Under the pieces are notes generated by a model that did not search any database, had not been told where the DNA came from, and saw only the letters and a list, made by a program, of their open reading frames with translations. A stretch of DNA of 64,000 nucleotides from NCBI GenBank assembly GCA_903813345.2, contig CAIIXF020000001.1:21266001-21330000 (forward strand), in the 5' to 3' direction. This DNA is from Owenia fusiformis (Eukaryota). How positions within the stretch are numbered: position 1 is the stretch's first letter; each line of letters begins with the position of its first letter. Of the stretch, positions 38,701-50,500 are shown in pieces. The position numbers and the translations under genes were made by a program.

Positions 38701-40684
38701 TGATATATCATTCATTGATATTTGGTCATGGTTGGGCGAGTAATCATTCCATTTGCAAAGTGGGCCAAAATTAGCTTGGGACCAAGTTACAAACATCGCA
38801 AAAGCAATATTGGAAGAAAACGTAAAACCAGTGCTGACTGCATCATTTTCATTCAATGTACCAAAAAGCGAAACTCCTCTTTGCAATGGAATATCATCCA
38901 TTCACAGGGAGTCATCACTGGCCGAATAATCATTAATTTTGCAAAGTGGGGCAAAATTCAGCTCGGACCCAAGTTTTAAACACTGCAAAAGTCAGTACAA
39001 GGGGAATAGGGGCTGTTGGAAGAAGATGTGACAGGTACGGCATTGACAGTAAAGTGTTCAAACTCATACTCTTGCAAGAATACATCCTATACCCCTCCAA
39101 ATTGCCAGTACTTCCTTGCACATTAAGATGCGCTCATCTGTCCTCGTCATGCATGGTTCAGCTCTGAGTCATCTGTGGGTTAAAGCAGAGAAAAGCAGCC
39201 CATGGGCAATTCTTTCTCGAGGTTTTGCAATATCTGTCGGAGGAATTGTGAGCACAGATGATCCTGAGATAGCTCCAAAAGAAAAAGTCTCAACAATTCA
39301 AGTCAGGGGAACTTACATTGGCACTTAACCGATTTTAACCCACTGTGCAAATGGAAAGATTTCTCACCCAACCATTACCACATGTGAATGAATGACATAT
39401 CATTGCAAAGAGGAGAGACGTGGCTTTTTGATACATTAAATGAAATTGATGCTAGTTTTGTGATTTTACGAGATAACTACTTGTTGCGTTTTTTTTTGAT
39501 ACACCCTGCATATATGACACTATTTATGCCTACATACGAGAGGTTATCATAAAGTTCTGATAATATCTCTCTAATTTCACTATTTTTTGATATATCACCG
39601 GGCGTGTCCGATCACCGGGCGTGTATATTGAAGCCTTACGACAAATTCCATTATTTGATTAAGATGACATGGCCAAGCAGAGGCGGTCCATGTGCCCAAC
39701 AAATATCAACCACTAATAATGCAACACATAAGATATGGGAGTTTATATACTCACATGCATCATACACGAATTTTCCACGGAGTTGTCCTTGTTTTCCATC
39801 TCTTGTCAACCGGAGACACTGATATCCTTTCTCTTTACTGAAAAACAAAAATAAGTTGATCCTATAACTAGTCGATGGATAGGGTATAAGGCAACTGTGA
39901 TACATAAAACTGAAATCTCAAAGATGTCGGGGGAGATGTGACCCCACTGATATGTATTTCCTGCTCCAATATTCCAGGGGAAACTACTAAAAACTTATTG
40001 TACTTATTACAAATAATATTCTTATAAATCTCACTACTGCTTACTGGTCGTTAGAATAAACCATATCCCTTACCGATTCAATTTTTGCCCAAAAACAACT
40101 GTCATTGACTTCTTTGTGCAGCTTATTTGTTCAAATGGTAGCTTCTTGTTCGTTATCCCTAAAGTAAACAGGTCATTTAATCACAAATCTTTTTTTCTTC
40201 TTTTCCCAACCTTTATTTTACTAAACAGGACGTTGCGGATCCTGTCTGGATCCTTTTCAACTATTTTATGATAACACCTTGAACGAACTGAAATCAATCT
40301 TTTCAAGCACTTTTCAATTTATCGTTCTTCATGGAACCATTGGTTTCAACAGTATTGAATGCCCATGATGGAACTTATTCAAGGCAGTGTTATAACTCTA
40401 CAATGGTCATAGCCCAACTTACAAAATGCATAGGGGCCCAGTTTTGCAACGTCGTGTACACGAGGAGTTGGTCCAAACGCAATGATTCCGTCTTTTGCGA
40501 TGTTAAGTTCTCGTCCACGTATAAGGGATATACGAAATCGTCCTAAGAAGTCCTTTGGGGGTTCGGTACATTTCGAACCGAGTGTGCTACCTGCATACAC
40601 AGCGATGAGCATGAATGCAGCGATGAGAGCTTGCTGCACCAAGCGTTCGCCTGAAATTATTAATGCATACTGTATTAAGCCCAT
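35785..40684 (-). CDS. Uncharacterised type I membrane protein: 4-Cys helical repeats + EGF repeats + Thr-rich stalk (~980 aa; start uncertain)
   Basis: Exons 40684(or acceptor 40650)-40423, 40158-40074, 39837-39755, 38309-35785 join in frame via GT-AG (phases 1,2,1); signal-like LIAAFMLIAVYAG, RVKR furin site, 3 full EGF (CxNGGTC) + 1 partial, poly-Thr, TM VIAVGVSVGVLVVLVAIIVFIL, basic tail. Confidence 0.8.
38314..38452. repeat. ~65 bp tandem duplication at the acceptor end of the intron
   Basis: AAAAAACATCATTGTGTTATCAGAAACAAGTCAAATTCTTTACTTCAGAGAATATTTTTAATT x2 plus partial. Confidence 0.8.
38588..39510. mobile_element. Degenerate Tc1/mariner-like MITE
   Basis: Imperfect ~130 bp inverted arms (TCTCCTCTTTACAGTGATATATCATTCA / TGAATGACATATCATTGCAAAGAGGAGA), right end ACACCCTG. 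Confidence 0.55.
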
Positions 40685-43600
40685 GGTTCGAAATAGGGGA
40701 ATTCGGAAAAAATGGCCACGTGGGGCAAAAGGCTCAGCGCAATAACTTAATTAATTCATTGATGGATTGTCAAAATTAGTCTGATAATACAATAACACAT
40801 TTAAAAGTATTTCCCTGCCATTTAAACACTCGTAATGTCACCACCAAAAAGCTGTAACAAATTCTTATGGTCTCCGTTTTTTGTGACAGCGGTTGGTGGT
40901 TGGCGAGCTGCGGTCGTTGAAATGGTGGTGACATTTTGCATGGGATTGAGGAGATTTTCTAAAAAAAAAGTAATTTTCATGTGTACCCTAACTTTTTTAT
41001 GTTTTGCTTTGGTAAACATACAGTTTGGAGAGCAGTTTAATTATCTCGTCAATCTATCATGTTTAAATTTCAGACAACTGACACTTACCAGTCAAGTCAA
41101 GTAACTAAGTCAACATTCGAAAATAAAAATCTAAAAAATCGTACATCTTTGATTTCCAAAATAATTTGTGAGGTGGTTATTACGATCATAATACACGTTT
41201 TAACGTATAAATTTTGATTACATCTCGAATCAATTCTCAACAAAGCGTCCGCGAAATAAGTATTCGAAATGTTTGAGTTCGGGATGATAAAAGTACGTTA
41301 AGATATACGGCTCCTTGAAACTTTCCTTTGGGAACAAGATATAGAATCAAAAGCAAATTCTTCTCAATAACTCCCTGACACATACCAACGAATGTTACGT
41401 AAGTAAATATCTCCGTTTTAAATAATTTTGTAAACGTTGTTCTCTACAGGCGACATTTTTTATGATTATAAAACAAAATTGAACATTTAAAAACGTTTGC
41501 ATTTCTAAATTGATAAGTTTCTTCGAATACAAAATAACTGTTAACGATTTAAGTCATCAATGATATTTCCCTTAGTGATCCCATGATAAATATACAGTAA
41601 CTGGGTCAATGTTTTATGTTCAACCTTATTTTCATGACTTTTAAACATGAGTCGATAATTATGTAGGTTTCAATTCCAAATGTCAGCGTGTCAACTCGTG
41701 TTTTTCACAATATTTAGCCTTTTATCATGATAGATCCCCAAAATCTGCATGTACCTCTAAATGAGGCGATATGTTTTTAATTTTAGAGATGTAAGCTATA
41801 AACTCAAACAAAAATTCAAACTACCCGCTATTATTTTGATTGCACAAGACGAAATTTCAACTCCCGGGGAGCACTTTGGTAACACTTTGAAGGAGGATTT
41901 TCACAAAAGGTTTCATGCAATTTTATTGCTTTGTTTAAGCCTCAACTAAAATCATACTCAAATCCAATACCATAATAATAAATTAAAATGAAACATTAAA
42001 CTCACCAGGTTATATGATAAACCGTTTCGAGCATCGATGATTTGAGTTAAACTGTGGATATTTAAATCAATGTAATAAAGACGTAATATAAGTCGACATG
42101 TATTCGACAGTTAATGTACACATATGATGTATGCATCAACGTGTGACTTAAATATCAATTCGTGACCATCATATTTGGCTTTCAAAAATTAAGTTGGAAG
42201 CTACAGTGGTAGGAGATTAACGAAAACGTCAATCGCATCCAAATATCCGAACGACGTCAAATATTAACAATACACTTTTCGTGCATCTCCATGATCCAGC
42301 AATGTGTATTCCAACAATTTTCATCGAGTAGGAGATTAGCTTACATTCGAAATCACAACTTTCAAAATATTTGTTTCAACCAAGAATTAAGAACTTGAAA
42401 CATGTTTTTAGTTTTTCAAACCGCATATCCTCATTTACGTTCTTTGATATGGGTGAATCCATTTGAAAACATGGATTTTCTTGATTATTCTTCAAAACTA
42501 CCCTTGAAATATTAGTGATATTACAGTGTAAATTGACACGCATTTGTTTGCTCCATATCATGAAAACAAAAATCAGAATATTGAAAAGATATGTGATAAG
42601 ACCCCCTTTCCTGTGGCCTGGCTCATATAGAATAATTTATCGGGGAGGGCGATTTTATCAAGGGGGAACTTTAGCCAATGGAGGGGGGAGCTTTTTAACA
42701 GTTTTAGGCAAAAAATCATGCGAAAAGTGCTCAAAAAGGTGAAAACGGCATGGTTTTGACTGCTCCCTCCGCCCCCTGGCTACGGGCCTGATATTCTTTC
42801 TCTGAAAAATGTTAATTTGGAGATGGAATCATATCGTGGTTATGATTCAAAGCCCATTGCTGAACAATGTCCAAATGCTGTCTTCCCCAAAAGCTAAGAA
42901 TTCTGATCTGCCAAATCTAATATTCCACATTTATGAGCAACAGTGTAGGCCTAATTACAATAACACCTTTAGCTCTTAATTTATGAATATTTCAATCTAT
43001 GTTAAAAGTTTATATTACCTTTCATAGTCATTATTTTTTTGATTCCTGTATTTGATGGCAGCCATCAAAAAAATAGATGGGGTCGTTATGGATAAGAGTG
43101 ACGTAGGAAAGTATGACGTCATCAATGCAAGATCACGTGGCAATAATGTTACATGTGACTTCTTGAGTGAACACTCAGCAGTCAGCATCGTCAGATAGAC
43201 ATCAACAATGAAAATTATGGTGATCCAAGTGAAAGCATGAATTCAATGTTTTAAAGAACTTCGCGGGACACAGACGCTGACGTATAATGCTGCGGGAATT
43301 GATACCAGGAGCCTAAGCTTCTATAGCCTATGATTTAAAATTGACAGGAATATTTGTGATAAGCTAAGCTTTACATCATGTTATTATATGATCATCCGAA
43401 AGCTTACTCACTACCTCATCGGGTTCTACTCACGGTATAATCGGAATACTCAGGCGGTAGCATCGGGTCCTATATAACTTAAGCTTAATCGTACTCGTGA
43501 CATAATCGGGTCTTTCATTTTCAACTTTCACCGGTGATTTCAATTATATGCAACGTATGGCAACTGAAATAAATGTGATATATTTACACCTATTTGTATC

Positions 43601-44669
43601 TTTGAATTGAATGAAGTAAAGACAGCAATGGTTCTTACTTATTTAAGATGTAAAGCATCATTCAAATATTTAGAAGTTGAATAAATATATTTAGAAGTTG
43701 AGTAAATATTGCATCAAGTAAGCTTAAGCCTGAGTGCCTGGAACAATAAGTAAGCTTATATCGGTTAACTTACACACAATTCTGTGTTTTATCTTTTTCT
43801 CATATTGAGAAATTAAAGATATTAACAGAAGTTTATTAACTTAACCCCTACATTTTCAGACATCTTCGGGTCTTTGCTTGGCGGTATTTGTATATAGCCC
43901 GGGTACACTTTCGCCTAGTGCAAACTCCTAGCCTAGATAGCCTACCCTAGCCACTGACCCAACCGATCAACGTTTTTTTAGTTTTAGTAGCCTATAAGCT
44001 TATACAGTAAGACCTGAAGAATTAAGTCCATGCTAGTACTAACAAATCTGCTGGATAAAATGTGCCAAGTAGGCATACCATCGAAAAGACGTGGTGCATT
44101 GGTCGGAATCCGCCAATTGGTCTAAAACCCACACGTCCGAATCCCAAGAGTACGGATAACAGTGACCGAACCCCATCCATAGACTAGGTAAGTTTAGTAC
44201 GAATCCCAAATGGTCCGAAAATAACTAATAATATATTAGCCTAATAAGATGATACAAATGCAAATATCGTATATTGTATTCACTCTCGTTATGCGTTAGC
44301 AATTTTTAGGCAGATAACCGTGTTAGAAAAAATATATAAAAACTAAAATAAGCCTTTCATTTGAGTATAATACATCTGTAATCTCAAAATTGACGGAATT
44401 CCTTCCCCTACACACGACCCCCAATGTTAGAGCAAAAATAAGGGAATATACGTCAAAACGATATTTGCATGAATAATCTACGAAAATTCCAAGCAGTAAT
44501 ACGAGAACTTCACTTTTCAAACCGGTTGCCATCTTGAAAAATTCCACCAAATATGATGAAAACCTGTCCATTTGAAGTCAAGTTATTTTCCAGATAGACC
44601 GGAGGGCGGACTAACTGAGTGCTTCAGTGCAGTATATCCCTACTGAACTTCATTGGTTGGTATAACCAG

Positions 44670-45243
44670 AACAACGGCAACGCCAAAGCGTAGCGAATCC
44701 CATCGAACAGAAATGACTGGCATTTTACAAACGAAATATTATAGCAAATATCATAAAACAAAGCACATAAGAAAGGCCACTATTTTCAAAATGGTTGTTC
44801 ACTAGCTAAGTTGTCATCAGAAGTAATATGCTTTTAAGTAGCCACCTATACATTTTTTTAAATGGTCACCTTCAACCAAAAATGTCGTAAGACAGTATGC
44901 AATGCTTATGAGTATTCACATATAAAATATGAACAAAATCGCTCTATTACTTTTTGAATAAAAAAAAAAGAAAAAAAGTAAAAAATGTAAAATAACACAC
45001 ATAAAAATGGTGGCCATTTTTCAAAATGGCCGAATACTCCCCAAAGTTTTATTAGACAATGTGCCATGCTTAAAGTATTCACATATCAAATATGAACAAA
45101 ATCGCTCCACTACTTTTCGAGTTATAGTAGAAAATGTAAAAATGACAGCCATTTTTTAAAATGGCCGCCTACTACCTACGTACGTACGTACGTACGGGCG
45201 GAGGCGTTCCCTATATCCTCCGAACTTCGTTCGATAGGATAAT
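44670..45243 (+). mobile_element. Helentron/Pearl-like element
   Basis: AAAATGG subrepeats, (TACG)n, 3' hairpin TATCCTCCGAACTTCGTTCGATAGGATA shared with 52763-52792 and ~35378-35404. Confidence 0.6.
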
Positions 45244-45295
45244 TAGCAATATAATGTTGGGAAAGAAAATAACGCTTATGACCAATGGATAAATA

Positions 45296-46178
45296 TACTC
45301 CTCAAAAAAAGTTAAAGACCTCATAGGTTTACATGTTAATCCCCATATTTGTTTAATGACTGTTTTCTAAGCGGGGAACAAAAGAAATCCCAATAAAGAA
45401 AATAAATCTGTATCTTGATTCTATTCACTATAAAGTCCGCAACATTTCAATGTTATATCTCCATTACATTGGGTCAAAATTTGATGTCAAAATTGATGAA
45501 TTTTATGAAATGTAACAAAAATGGCAGATCCCATGTTAAACAAATGGGGAATGGTTGGGTTGCCATAATTCATATGAGGAACGATCCATCCATCCGTTTG
45601 CTCTCAAAATTGAGATTGTAAGAGATAATTAAATTTGCTAAATTGTCTACTAGACAAAAAAATGATTTAATTGTCCAGGCTTTACAAAAGTTAATGGTTT
45701 CAAATTCAATAATTTTTTAATGAACCTCTTATTGAAATAACACAGGTGGTTCAGTGAGGTGGTCAAAATTACTTTAACGCTCCATATCGCTAATTTTAAC
45801 AACATAAGCGAGACATTTAGCGTGTAAAATGTAAAATCATTCAATTTTCTACTAAGAAAGTATTTTTAATAAACGTTTTGCTGAATACATATTCCAAAAT
45901 CTGAGTTGCCCCTAAGCCACCATTCCCCATTTGTTTAACATGGGATCTGCCATTTTTGTTACATTTCATGAAATTCATCAATTTTGACATCAAATTTTGA
46001 CCCAATGTAATGGAGATATAACATTGAAATGTTGCGGACTTTATAGTGAATAGAATCAAGATACAGATCTATATTCTTTATTGGGATTTCTTTTGTTGCC
46101 CGCTTAGAAAACAGTCGTTAAACAAATATGGGGATTAACATGTAAACCTATGAGGTCCTTAACTTTTTTTGAGGAGTA
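45296..46178. mobile_element. Tc1-like MITE with ~255 bp near-perfect TIRs
   Basis: TA-TACTCCTCAAAAAAAGTTAA... mirrored; explains identical ORF N-termini at 45415(+) and 46059(-). Confidence 0.88.
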
Positions 46179-46649
46179 TATGAATTTCAATAGTCAGTTT
46201 AAATATAGGTCCTGTTTGTCTGTTTGTTATTTTTTTACAAGATATACAGATACCGGATGACAAGTATGATATGATCTTTATCCACAAATATCAATATCCA
46301 TGAGAAAAACCCGCATCATGAGGATCATAGGATGTTACTTTTATTCCATAGGTAAAAGGTGCCTAATGAATTGAATCAATCTTTCCAAACAGCTGATGGA
46401 CCATTGCTATGACAAGTCTCGTTTTGGGTGAGCATTAAAAATATGTTACCCACCATATTATATCATGATTTAAAAGCCATAATTGATGGTTTGGTATGCC
46501 AAAATATCATTGAGTATGATCAGAGAATACAAAATAACAGAAATCCGGACTAAAATACAATAAGTACAAAATAATAGCAAATTAGTTTTAAACAATAACA
46601 TTTTGTAATCTTTATTTCATATTACAGCCATATATTCAATTTATTTGTT

Positions 46650-47547
46650 TTTGCCTATGTCAGATTTGTGCTGGGCGCCCGGTTATGAGTAGGAATCGGC
46701 GATTTTTAAATGGACCGGGCGCCGTTGACTTCTCTGGTTCTCTCTGATGTCTCCATTTTGCCATGAGTATGGTCACATAATCAAGGTCACTATATTGCGC
46801 CCGCAATAAATCTGGCGGAAAAAATCAAACAGGCATCTGTAGGATATGTAAGACTATCACACTGGTATGCAAGGTCATCTCGTCGTAAGATTATCAGACG
46901 ATGACCGTATTGCACACGTCCGAACATGGGACATCGGGACATTCATGAGTGAATATACACCTCTTAAAGGGTATAACATATTTAATATTCATGACTAACT
47001 TTCGATTGAGGTTGACACAAGCTAAGCATGACTGACCCATCCACCCACCCAAGTTTGTCATTCATATTTCATTGAACTGTTCATTCTATTTTTATTTCTT
47101 AATGCAGTCATGTGAATATATTTGATTCATAACTTTATCTTTGTTTGAAAACGTTTATACTACTTTATTAGAACGAATAATTTAGATTTATTAAACAATT
47201 CAAATTGTAATCGCCTTGTAAGCGAGGAGTCGTAAGAATTTCATTCTGTGTTTTCATTAACTACAAAATCCCAGGATGACCGCACGAGCTGGAGCCATAA
47301 GATAATCGTATGATGGACCATACGGGATACGTCCCGGTAGGTACCGATGAGTTTGGTTTGAGAAAAATCGGTAAGATATCGGCAATTTTTATCCCCGATA
47401 AACTCTCCCAGAACCCTTAAGACTTTTATAAACCGGTCGATGGTCGCCGATCATCGCCAGGCGCCCGTTCGATACCCGGGCTTGTCGGCCGAATTTGGAG
47501 AAAATACTCATCGGCTGGGCGCAGTAGCAAATGTGACCAAGGCATAA
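46650..47547. mobile_element. PIF/Harbinger-like non-autonomous element next to the TTI1 stop
   Basis: TGCCTATGTCAGATTTG...CAAATGTGACCAAGGCA ends, GC-rich subtermini; related to 12719-12863. Confidence 0.55.
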
Positions 47548-47557
47548 GCAATGAAAG

Positions 47558-50500
47558 TCAGTGTACAAGCCATGAGTCCATCGCTGCTAGAATTGTGTCT
47601 ACATTGTCTTTATAGTCCTCGGTCTTCACCTTCCACTTCACACCCTGAAAATACAAAACATGTTATTATTATATTATATTAAAGATTGATAGTTTTGTAT
47701 CTAACGCCATAGCATTGTATATGACATATTCATTTCAAAATCTGATCTAAGTCAAAATACAGTGGTGGAGTTAGGAAACACATTTACCCGTAAGTCAATT
47801 AGTGCACATAGATAAGTTTTAATTAAACCAATAGGCTTACTCATAAGTCAATGAAGGCATAGAGAGGTGGAGTTAAGCTATAGCTTTACCTTGAAGTCAA
47901 TAAAGGCATAGAGAGGTGGGGTTAAGCAATTTGTTTACTTGTAAGTCAATGAGGGCATAGAGAGGTGGAGTTAAGCCATAGCTTTACCTTAAAGTCAATA
48001 AAGGCATAAAGAGGTGGGGTTAAGCAATTTGTTTACTTGTAAGTCAATGAGGGCATGGAGAGGTGGAGTTAAGCAATAGGGTTACCTGTAAGTCAATGAA
48101 GGTATAGAGAGGTGGAGTAAAGCAATAGGTTTATCTGTGAGTCAATGAATGCAGAGAGAGGTGGAGTTAAGCAATAGGCTTACCTGTAAGTCAATGAAGG
48201 CATAGAGAGGTGGAGTTAAGCAATATGTTTACATGTAAGAATGTAAGTCAATGATGACATAGAGAGGTGGAGTTAAACAATAGGTTTACCTGTGAGTCAA
48301 TGAAGGCATAGAGAGGTGGAGTTAAACAATAGGCTTACCTGTAAATCAATGAAGGCATAGAGAGGTGGAGTTAAGCAATAGGTTTACATGTAAGAATGTA
48401 AGTCAATGATGACATAGAGAGGTGGAGTTAAACAATAGGCTTACCTGTTAATCAATGAAGGCATGGCCAGGTGGAGCAATAGGGTTACATGTAAGTCAAT
48501 GAAGGTATAGAGAGGTGGAGTAAAGCAATAGGTATATCTGTGAGTCAATGAAAGCAGAGAGAGGTGGAGTTAAGCAATAGGGTTACCTGTAAGTCAATGA
48601 AGGCATAGAGAGGTGGAGTTAAGCAATAGAGTTACCTGTAAGTCAATGAAGGTATAGATAGGTGGAGTTAAGAAATAGGTTTATCTGTGAGTCAATGAAA
48701 GCAGAGAGAGGTGGAGTTAAGCAATAGGCTTACCTGTTAATCAATGAAGGCATAGAGAGGTGGAGTTTAAAGCAATAGGTTTATCTGCGAGTCAATGAAA
48801 GCAGAGAGATGTAGAGTTAGTAAATGCTTTACCTATAAATCAATGAGGGCATAGAGAGTTGGAGCTAGGAAATGGGTTTGTTTACCTGTAAGTCAATGAG
48901 GACACTGGGCATAGAGAGTGGAGCTAAGAAATAGGTTTACATGTAAGTCAATGAGGACATAGAGAGGTGGAGTTAAGCAATAGATTTACCTGTAAGTCAA
49001 TAAGTCAGAGAGGTGGAGTTAGTTATAGGCATTGCATTACCTGTAGATCAATGAAGGTAGGATGAGGTGGTCTGAGATCCAGGTTAAAGTTTACAGTTTG
49101 TAGTTTCAACCAAACAGCATCAGGATCAACATAACTCATCTCAAGGAACATCTTGGTGGCAGCCTAAATAGTTAGCAAAATACATAATATATTGAAAATA
49201 CTGTAATACTATTAAATCACCTTTGGTAGTCATCTTTATCTTATTGAATTTTACCTTCACAACCTCTCATTCTTATTAAATACAACTATACTTTAAAGAA
49301 TAAAAATTCATGGAGATGGACAGACATACTGAATTTCAAACGAATACCGAATTTCACAATGTCAATATTTGCGATATGCTCAGCATCTATCATACATTCA
49401 TTCGAAAGTATTCTATAGGCATGTATAGATAGAAGATATCTAATGCAGTTTAACCACAACATATGCTATCATAAGTTCATGTACCAGCATATAGAAAATG
49501 TTAACTAGCCTAACGGATATTAGGTACAAATGAATGCCGACCTTTAGCCTTTTCCTGGTAACTGCCCTCCAGAGTGAATATCTTACCTTTTGTAGCACCT
49601 GTGGTTGCACTGAGTGTAAGTATGGTAAGAAGGCAGTAAGAACATGATCAAATTCAATCTCATTTTCATGTAGGTTTATCTGAAAGAAGAGGTCAATACA
49701 TCGATATTTTCAAATCAGCTCTTTGATCCTCAATTGATTGAACAGCCATATTCTCCAGGTTACATAATCAACCATGGTAAAACTACAATATATGGTTCAT
49801 TTAGTAAAATGTTTATTCATATTGTTCCCTTGTAAAACAAATCACTGAAATCACATGTAGTTGAAAGTACATGTAGGTCAGAAAGGTTAGATTTGATGTG
49901 TATATCTACATGTATTGTAAATGACCTACTATAAACAAGGCATTAACATGACAAAATGTCACCACCAAGTTGCTCACAATATTATAAGTTCTATGTTCAG
50001 TCAGATTTGAATTCCTGACAACTTGTAGATGATTTTGAAAAGAAATTGATCAAATTGAAACAAGTTGACAAAAGATGACTAGTATTGCAAAGTAGAATAA
50101 CAATATACCTGTTTAGCCATGTCACCCATTGTCTGCAAGATTGCTAGCTGAAGCTTACATACTGATGTAAACTTGTATGTCTGTCCTGCCTTAGCACTGG
50201 AAAAAAATCAAGACTAAATCGGTACATAATTTGTATAGAGACAGATCTGACTCTCTTTGTTACAACAAATACAGTACTATACTAGTATACAAATGTACAG
50301 CTTTTGAAATCTAATTTTATTGTTTGGGTCAATACATATGTGATTTTATAGTGACAAGAAATATTCCAATTCAACAGAGACAAAGTTTATAGATAGCTAC
50401 AAGAAAACTGTAAAACCTTGGAAGCTGCAAATCCCATTGGTACTCTCAATATCAATGGAAACATATAATGTATATATTATCTGGTTTGAATTATAAATGA

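Noticed and set aside
42006-42034. First coding exon of the EGF/helical-repeat gene
   Set aside because: Good GTGAG donor, but its ATG frame is phase 2 and the required phase-1 frame has a TAA; at most a UTR exon
45415-46059. Two ORFs with identical N-termini suggesting a gene pair
   Set aside because: They are the two arms of one MITE's inverted repeat
47760-49070. CRISPR-like array
   Set aside because: Contiguous tandem units without spacers
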